A stretch of 64,000 nucleotides of DNA from Candidatus Thorarchaeota archaeon (GTDB lineage: Archaea > Asgardarchaeota > Thorarchaeia > Thorarchaeales > Thorarchaeaceae): positions 32,001-96,000 of the forward strand of contig PRDH01000039.1 of assembly GCA_003345545.1 (NCBI GenBank), written 5' to 3'. The stretch's first letter is position 1, and every line of letters starts with the position of its first letter. Of the stretch, positions 58,390 through 64,000 are shown piece after piece. The position numbers and the translations under genes were made by a program. Below the pieces are notes generated by a model. It was given only the letters and a program-made list of their open reading frames with translations. It had not been told where the DNA came from and searched no databases.

Positions 58390-59898
58390 CTACCTTACGA
58401 AATAACTCCTTCTAAGCCAATTGAGGTCCTGTGAAAAAAGGTCCCTGATGTCATTGATGCCCATCGCTGCCATGTAGAGTCTTCCTGCTCCTATTCCCCA
58501 TGCAAGAACAGAGTCCCTAATCCCTAGAGGCTGCGTGACTTCGGGTCTGAAAATGCCTGATCCTCCAAGCTCTATCCATCCCAGTTTGTCATGTTTTCCA
58601 AAGGTTTCGACACTGGGTTCTGTGAAGGGAAACTGGCCCGGTTTGAACTTCAGCTTCTCAATGCCTACTGCCTTGCATATCGCCGTGAGATAACCAAGTA
58701 AGTTTCTCAGAGTCAATCCTTTGTCCATGATTATACCCTCGCATTGGTCAAACTCATGAGCATGTGTCACGCTGAGTGATTCCGATCTGAAGTTACGATC
58801 AACTATGAACATCTTTTGAGGGCTCTCTCGATGTTGGTACAGAAATCTCATTGATACCGGTGTGGTGTGAGGACGCAGACAGAGTCTTGTTGCGACTTCC
58901 TTATGGTATGGCCAATCCCATCCCTTTGACCCTGTTCCACCGCCATTCTCATGAACGTTCTTCACAGCTTCGTAGTACTTCTTATCGATAATGTGGCCAT
59001 GGTCGTACGGAGCTGCGACTCTGAATTGATCCTGTACATCGCGAGCTACATGGTCTTGCGGGACGAAGAGAGCATCATGACCCCAGAATTCAGTTTCAAC
59101 ATAAGGACCGAACCATTCTGTGAAACCCAGTCCCACCATAATCTCCCTTAGCCAATCATTGAACTCTGCATATGGATGTTTTTTCCCGTAATTGACATAC
59201 TCTGGCTGAATGCCAACATTGTAGGGTCTGAACTTCCTTCCCTTCCAAGCACCACTAGAAAGCATCTCCGGTGTGAGGTTTCCAATGTCTTCAGTTAAAT
59301 CTGCAAGAATATCCTCCGCATGGACCAAGTAGTTTCTAGATAACTCCGCTTCAATGATTTTTGTGATGACTTCACTGACTAGCTTTCTCTCAAGCAGCTG
59401 CTGAAGAGCTGGATCATCATTCTGAATGCTTGCACCATTCCCTTTGGCAATTGATTCAAGTGCTGCTGCGACTGGCGATTTGGAATAATCTCCAATAGTA
59501 GATAGAATCGTTGTATCCCCTTGTTTTGAAGCGTGAGCCCATTCATTGCGTACTGCCCAGGCCATTGCGATGCCTTTTGTTCTGGGTGATATGCCAGATT
59601 TTGTCAATACAACTTCAAACGGAGCTGTTCTTCCCGATTCCTCTAAAGCCTTCACCAACCGGATTTCCGGAAGCCCGTCTCTTGCATATTCCTTGCCTTC
59701 ATCTGTGAGGGCATACGATATCTTTTCGCGAGTCTCTAGTTTCACGATTCCTCGTACAGCAAGAGCATTAAGAATGGAGATGACTCTCTCAGTGTTTTGT
59801 TCTGTGATTTTGGCTATCTCGTCTGCTGAAGATTTTCTTCGTAATTCGACCAGACCCTTGAGAATCGTCTTCTCTCCTGTCGTCAGCTGCTCACTCAT
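58390..59898 (-). CDS. pheS: phenylalanine--tRNA ligase alpha subunit (archaeal/eukaryotic type)
   Basis: LFVPQDHVARD, LRPHTT, FRSE, FPFTEPS, GSGIFRPE, AWGIG. Confidence 0.95.
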   Translation of the reverse strand: MSEQLTTGEKTILKGLVELRRKSSADEIAKITEQNTERVISILNALAVRGIVKLETREKISYALTDEGKEYARDGLPEIRLVKALEESGRTAPFEVVLTKSGISPRTKGIAMAWAVRNEWAHASKQGDTTILSTIGDYSKSPVAAALESIAKGNGASIQNDDPALQQLLERKLVSEVITKIIEAELSRNYLVHAEDILADLTEDIGNLTPEMLSSGAWKGRKFRPYNVGIQPEYVNYGKKHPYAEFNDWLREIMVGLGFTEWFGPYVETEFWGHDALFVPQDHVARDVQDQFRVAAPYDHGHIIDKKYYEAVKNVHENGGGTGSKGWDWPYHKEVATRLCLRPHTTPVSMRFLYQHRESPQKMFIVDRNFRSESLSVTHAHEFDQCEGIIMDKGLTLRNLLGYLTAICKAVGIEKLKFKPGQFPFTEPSVETFGKHDKLGWIELGGSGIFRPEVTQPLGIRDSVLAWGIGAGRLYMAAMGINDIRDLFSQDLNWLRRSYFVR

Positions 59899-59921
59899 TG
59901 ATACGCAAAACTCCTGAGTTC

Positions 59922-60030
59922 AGTACTAGGGACCGATAGACCGCACACACAATAGAATGATGATTGAGGGCTCCTTTCAGTGGAGCATCGTAAATTGGCG
60001 GTTATCCATCCGTCCTTCACCTAGTCTACT
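59922..60030 (-). promoter_or_regulatory. long irregular hairpin in the pheST 5' leader
   Basis: six nested complementary segments between a TATA-like TTAAAAA and the AGGAG SD. Confidence 0.55.
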
Positions 60031-60074
60031 TGACCTATTGGCTCCTCCTTTTTAATCTGTCGTCTCTCTTCGTC

Positions 60075-60122
60075 TGACGCATGACGCAACGTTAAAATAG
60101 CGTCACTAGTGCGCGTCACTAG
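60075..60122. promoter_or_regulatory. TGACGC x2 and GCGTCA x2 boxes flanking a TATA-like element
   Basis: TGACGC at 60075 and 60082; GCGTCACTAG at 60100 and 60113; TTAAAATA between them. Confidence 0.5.
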
Positions 60123-60185
60123 GCGCAATTTGCCACCTGAGTTTTTTGGGAAATAGGCAATAATGAGCAGTTGAAGGAGAAGAAC

Positions 60186-61265
60186 ATGTCCGCGGAGCGT
60201 CAGAAACTCAAACGCAAGGTAGAGCAGCTCAAGGCCTTTAAAGGACGGCACAGTTCTTTCACTACTCTCTATATTCCTCCCACGAAGGCACTGACAGATG
60301 TAGTCACTTTCGTGAAGACTGAACTAGCCGGCGCTGACAACATCAAGAGCAAGACAAACCGCAAGAATGTTGCAGATAACCTGACTGCGATTCTCAGTGA
60401 ACTCACTAAGGTTCGCAGCTTGCCTCCTACAGGAATGGTCTTTTTCTTTGGCATCGAAGAGGTAGGTGGGATTGGTAGACCAATCCGCGAGATAGTGGTT
60501 CCACCATCACCAATCTCTCAGTTCGTCTATACATGCGGCCGCGAATTCATAACTGAAGAGCTCGAGGCCATGACTCACCCTAGAAGTCTAATCGTGATTG
60601 TACTCCTTGAAGGTGGCAAAGTCACAATTGGCTATCTTCGCGGCAAGCATATGGAACTTGTACGGGATGAGGACTTTTACATTATAGGAAAGACTAGAGC
60701 TGGTGGACAGAGTGCAAACCGATATCTCAGAATTCGTGAGGAGAAACTGCAGGAGTTCTTCAAGCACGTAGGTCGGATGCTAGGAGAGCTACTGATTGAC
60801 AATATTGCCAATGTGGATGCCATAGTGCTTGGCGGCAATACAATCAGATGTCTAGAATTCCTCGACAAGGGGGACCTTGACTACAGAATAAGGAACAAGA
60901 TTGTAGATACGATAATACCTGTAAGTGTGATTGATGAAACCGGTCTCTTTCAAGCAATGAAGGAAGCATCTAGGATTCTAAAAGAGACCGAGATATACGC
61001 GGAGCGTCAGGCTTGGGATGGTTTCTTGGAGGATCTCATGAAGGGGTCGAATACAATAGCCTATGGAAAGAAAGAGGTTCTCGAGGCGCTCAAGATGGGG
61101 CGTGTGCAGACTCTTCTGATCACAGAGGATCTTGCTAACCAAATGGACTCGCTATACGATGATGTTACCCAATATGGCTCCGAGCTCCTCGTGTTCTCAA
61201 ATCAGACGGAGTCCGGAGCTGAGTTGAAGTCCTTTGGCGGAATGGCTGCTCGTCTTCGATACTAG
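60186..61265 (+). CDS. prf1: peptide chain release factor aRF1 (short, divergent)
   Basis: LYIPP, NIKS, YTCGREF (YxCxxxF), GGQSANRY, AYG..EV..AL..G.V, FGGMAA.LRY. Confidence 0.9.
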   Translation: MSAERQKLKRKVEQLKAFKGRHSSFTTLYIPPTKALTDVVTFVKTELAGADNIKSKTNRKNVADNLTAILSELTKVRSLPPTGMVFFFGIEEVGGIGRPIREIVVPPSPISQFVYTCGREFITEELEAMTHPRSLIVIVLLEGGKVTIGYLRGKHMELVRDEDFYIIGKTRAGGQSANRYLRIREEKLQEFFKHVGRMLGELLIDNIANVDAIVLGGNTIRCLEFLDKGDLDYRIRNKIVDTIIPVSVIDETGLFQAMKEASRILKETEIYAERQAWDGFLEDLMKGSNTIAYGKKEVLEALKMGRVQTLLITEDLANQMDSLYDDVTQYGSELLVFSNQTESGAELKSFGGMAARLRY

Positions 61266-61280
61266 TCCATACAGATTGAC

Positions 61281-61697
61281 CTATTCTCGTGGCGGCTTCG
61301 GTATCTCAGTCAAGGTGATAATATCCTCAATCCATTTCGCCAGTTCTTGCCCAATAGACTCAATGTACTGCAGCAATGAGTCGGCGTATTTGGTCAGGTG
61401 CTGTTGTTCAAGACTCTTGGACTTCTCAGTGAATTCCTTGATTCGTTTTGGTAATCCTATTGACCATCTACCTGTCGTCAATTCTGCTTTTCTATCACTG
61501 AGGACCTTCTTGGCGACTCTCTTCTTCCGACTAAGGTCAACAAGCTCTTCCAGCAACTTTTGAACCGCGATGGTTGCTGCTACTAACCCCTTGGCATCTA
61601 TCTTAGATTCCTTGTCTCTGCTCGTATAGTAAACTTGCTTTAGATCTCTCTTGGCAGCAACTACGTTGGCGAGGAGTTTCAATAATTCGTGAGCCAT
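61281..61697 (-). CDS. hypothetical alpha-helical protein
   Basis: 138-aa ORF with a TTTATA box about 27 nt upstream and a GGAGG motif. Confidence 0.7.
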   Translation of the reverse strand: MAHELLKLLANVVAAKRDLKQVYYTSRDKESKIDAKGLVAATIAVQKLLEELVDLSRKKRVAKKVLSDRKAELTTGRWSIGLPKRIKEFTEKSKSLEQQHLTKYADSLLQYIESIGQELAKWIEDIITLTEIPKPPRE

Positions 61698-61751
61698 GAT
61701 GCCTTCATTCCCTCCTCGAACGTATAAAGGTCTATGTTTCTTTAGTTGCCT

Positions 61752-62414
61752 TCAGACAGCTGAGTAATTGCATTCTCCACTTGTGGAAAATGGGCATACT
61801 GTGCACTTGGTTTCGCTAGGCGATGCTCTAGGGAGCCGCTTGTTGTACCAGACTTCATCAAGCCTTTTCAGATGCATACGAATCTCATCAGGATTGAATT
61901 TCCTCTTGAAGACTCTCGCATCTCCACAGTTCCAGCAGTTTCTTCCTAGTTTGTCTTGAAGGCACTGCTTCGCAGTGTCCTGAAGACAATACACAGTGAC
62001 AAGTCTGGCTAATCTACACGAGACTCCACTCTCCGCCAAGGCAAGCGAATACAGCCCGGCCTGAAAGAGGTCCTCCGGTTTCATCTTGCTCGGCAGGCGA
62101 TTAACTGGGAACTTGTGCTCAATCAGCGCGTCTAGAATCGGAACGTCGTCCCAATGCAGAACTGCACCATCAAGCCTGCCAATGAACCGGTGAGCAAATG
62201 ATCTCACCTGCTCTTCGCTGAACAGATAATACACGCCTCTATTGCGCTGACTTGGCCGCAGTGAGAGAAACTCGGTAAGGCTCAATGGCGCTCTCTTGGC
62301 CTTCTTGACGGACGACCAAACCGGACCTAGACTGAAGCTGGATCTCCCAAGTGATAATATGGAGACAATTATGATGAGAAGCGTGAATACCAGTATGCTC
62401 AACAGTTGTTGCAT
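61752..62414 (-). CDS. Cas4/RecB-like PD-(D/E)xK nuclease, C-terminal part, with N-terminal TM helix
   Basis: GRLD, IEHK, QAGLY, C-terminal KCTVCPF....C. Confidence 0.8.
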   Translation of the reverse strand: MQQLLSILVFTLLIIIVSILSLGRSSFSLGPVWSSVKKAKRAPLSLTEFLSLRPSQRNRGVYYLFSEEQVRSFAHRFIGRLDGAVLHWDDVPILDALIEHKFPVNRLPSKMKPEDLFQAGLYSLALAESGVSCRLARLVTVYCLQDTAKQCLQDKLGRNCWNCGDARVFKRKFNPDEIRMHLKRLDEVWYNKRLPRASPSETKCTVCPFSTSGECNYSAV

Positions 62415-62418
62415 TTCA

Positions 62419-62679
62419 TCACCATACTATCCAAATGATTCCAAGGACCACTACTGCAATTATCCCAAAGATCGGCATCCATTGAGTGCCTCCTGGTTCA
62501 TGAGTCCTTATTGTGGACACTAGATTATGAAGCATCGTGCCATCGATGCTTGCTTTACTGACTGCGTTACTCTGCCTTTGCGTTAGATAGAATCTGTACT
62601 CACATAGGAATTGAGTTCTGAGTTCAGAAACCTCTCTGAATCTCGAGAACGACGTTCGTTCATCTTCAGTAAGCCGCAA
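62419..62679 (-). CDS. Cas4-like nuclease N-terminal part with C-terminal TM helix
   Basis: VSEL...FLCEYRFYL......ASIDGTMLH, then hydrophobic IFGIIAVVVLGIIWIVW. Confidence 0.7.
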   Translation of the reverse strand: MRLTEDERTSFSRFREVSELRTQFLCEYRFYLTQRQSNAVSKASIDGTMLHNLVSTIRTHEPGGTQWMPIFGIIAVVVLGIIWIVW

Positions 62680-62833
62680 CTTGATTCGTCTAATAGTTCC
62701 GTACGGCTATTGAAAAGGGGCACACCCCGAAGCGCAAGTCCGGAAGCAAACACTAGATGCTTTTATATTCGAGTTTTGGATGAATTCACAAACAGGATTT
62801 CACTCTGGAGAAAAAAGGGTGAGTGGTGATTAG

Positions 62834-63256
62834 ATGTCAGAGGATTCCTATGAAGGAGCAACAGCTGGAAGAGTACTCGTGTTTGGAAGTAGTGGATCCG
62901 TGAAATTCCCAACTGCTTTCAAGAATGCGATGGGAACAGATCGCGGCTTGATGGTGCTCGTGCATAAAGATCGACTCATCAAAATTTTCCCTCTAGATAG
63001 TGACGAGGTGCTCTTCTTGAGTCTCGAAATTGGAAAACTCAGCAACGACTTCCTCACAAAGCTATCCCAAATCTTCAAGAGAGCTGGTCTTGTAGATCTC
63101 TTGTTCTCTACAGGTGTCTGTCTTCGAGGAACGAGGTGTTTCTACGAGTGCTATTTCAATCCGAGTCAACTCAGTTCCGATACGAATGAGCTTGAGAGTT
63201 CTCTGAAAGTTCTTGATGGAGTTCAGAGAGTTCTGATTCAGAAGGTAGAAGTATAG
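62834..63256 (+). CDS. AbrB/SpoVT-like swapped-hairpin domain fused to ACT-like domain (putative regulator)
   Basis: GSSGSVKFPTAFKNAMG; C-terminal ACT-like pattern ending LKVLDGVQRV. Confidence 0.6.
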   Translation: MSEDSYEGATAGRVLVFGSSGSVKFPTAFKNAMGTDRGLMVLVHKDRLIKIFPLDSDEVLFLSLEIGKLSNDFLTKLSQIFKRAGLVDLLFSTGVCLRGTRCFYECYFNPSQLSSDTNELESSLKVLDGVQRVLIQKVEV

Positions 63257-63285
63257 TTTCAGGAAGGCTTTGATCTTCCTTCGTT

Positions 63286-63966
63286 TTGATTCCGGGTGTA
63301 TTCTCCTTGCAGGACATCATTCTCTTCATAACCGACATGATTAGTCAGGGGTATCTGGGACTTCTCATCATATGTTTCATGATTAACATGATTCCCTTCT
63401 TGAGCCCCAGCAACATGGTTCTTGCAGGGGCAGCAGTACTACTACTCCCGAGCTTCAATCCCTTCATTGTTGGGTTTGTGGTGGCAATATCCGCCACAAC
63501 TGCGAAACTTGTACATTTCTACGTCGTTCGTGGATCTCGTATGGTCCTGTCGCAAGAACGTCTAGCATCTCTTGACTCAGAAAAAAAGAGAGTCGAGAAA
63601 TGGGGCCCTCTTGCTCTCTTTATTGCCGCGGCTTCTCCGGTACCTGACGATCCACTCATTGTATATGTTGGGCTTGCCAAGTATAGCTCTGTGAAGTTCC
63701 TATTCAGTTATTTTACTGGAAAAGTGATTGTGACAACCCTGGGTGCACTGATAGGATACGGTGTCGGTGGCTATTTTGAGTCCATGCCCATCGTGTTAGC
63801 TTCAATTGCCCTGACTGCGTTGATTACGGGATTTCTGTGCAAGAGGAAGACTGAAGGAGAGTCATCTGACATGCTTCAGACTAATCTTGAAGCAGAGATA
63901 CATGATGACGATACGTCAGCTGATAAGGCGGCAGAATCGAATGATTCTGAGGAAGGCTCGGGATAG
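63286..63966 (+). CDS. DedA/VTT (SNARE-associated) family membrane protein
   Basis: GYLGL....F..N.IPF, SPVPDDP.....G, F......GK. Confidence 0.85.
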   Translation: MIPGVFSLQDIILFITDMISQGYLGLLIICFMINMIPFLSPSNMVLAGAAVLLLPSFNPFIVGFVVAISATTAKLVHFYVVRGSRMVLSQERLASLDSEKKRVEKWGPLALFIAAASPVPDDPLIVYVGLAKYSSVKFLFSYFTGKVIVTTLGALIGYGVGGYFESMPIVLASIALTALITGFLCKRKTEGESSDMLQTNLEAEIHDDDTSADKAAESNDSEEGSG

Positions 63967-64000
63967 CTCGCCAACTCACCTACTTCGGTAATCTTAAGTG

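Noticed and set aside
59899-60030. T-box riboswitch upstream of pheS
   Set aside because: A TTC triplet is present, but there is no T-box consensus (UGGNACC) antiterminator and no AG-bulge motif.
59957-60077. C/D box sRNA or SECIS on the plus strand (ATGATGA ... CTGA)
   Set aside because: The box spacing of about 115 nt is too long for a typical archaeal C/D guide, and no selenoprotein-like gene is adjacent.
61752-62679. CRISPR-Cas locus suggested by the Cas4-like motifs
   Set aside because: No repeat-spacer array, cas1, cas2 or effector genes were seen in the window; treated as a solo Cas4-like nuclease.

Overview
Gene-dense archaeal chromosome segment, most likely Asgard archaeal and probably Thorarchaeia. 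This is inferred from archaeal-type PheRS, RadA, topoisomerase VI, aRF1, geranylgeranyl reductase and CofE occurring with two Rab-like small GTPases, a Roadblock protein and grpE-dnaK-dnaJ. About 55 plausible CDS; I found no rRNA, tRNA, CRISPR array or transposase. The left part has an AlbA-fused translational GTPase and three membrane-anchored subtilases. The middle is housekeeping and metabolic. The right part has topo VI, RadA, purA, a Rab-like GTPase cluster, pheST, aRF1 and a Cas4-like locus. Most notable observations: (1) a Cas4/RecB-like Fe-S nuclease split across two adjacent genes, each half with a transmembrane helix at the split point; (2) a long hairpin leader of pheST capped by a tRNA-Phe-anticodon-like loop; (3) a topo VI-A with a ~390-aa Lys-rich, double-HhH extension; (4) a subtilase resembling eukaryotic site-1 protease in architecture; (5) a multi-stem 5' leader before a giant surface protease; (6) a Rab-like GTPase separated from an in-frame membrane protein by a single TGA. 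All product calls come from motifs recognised by eye and all RNA structures were paired by hand. No searches or folding programs were run.
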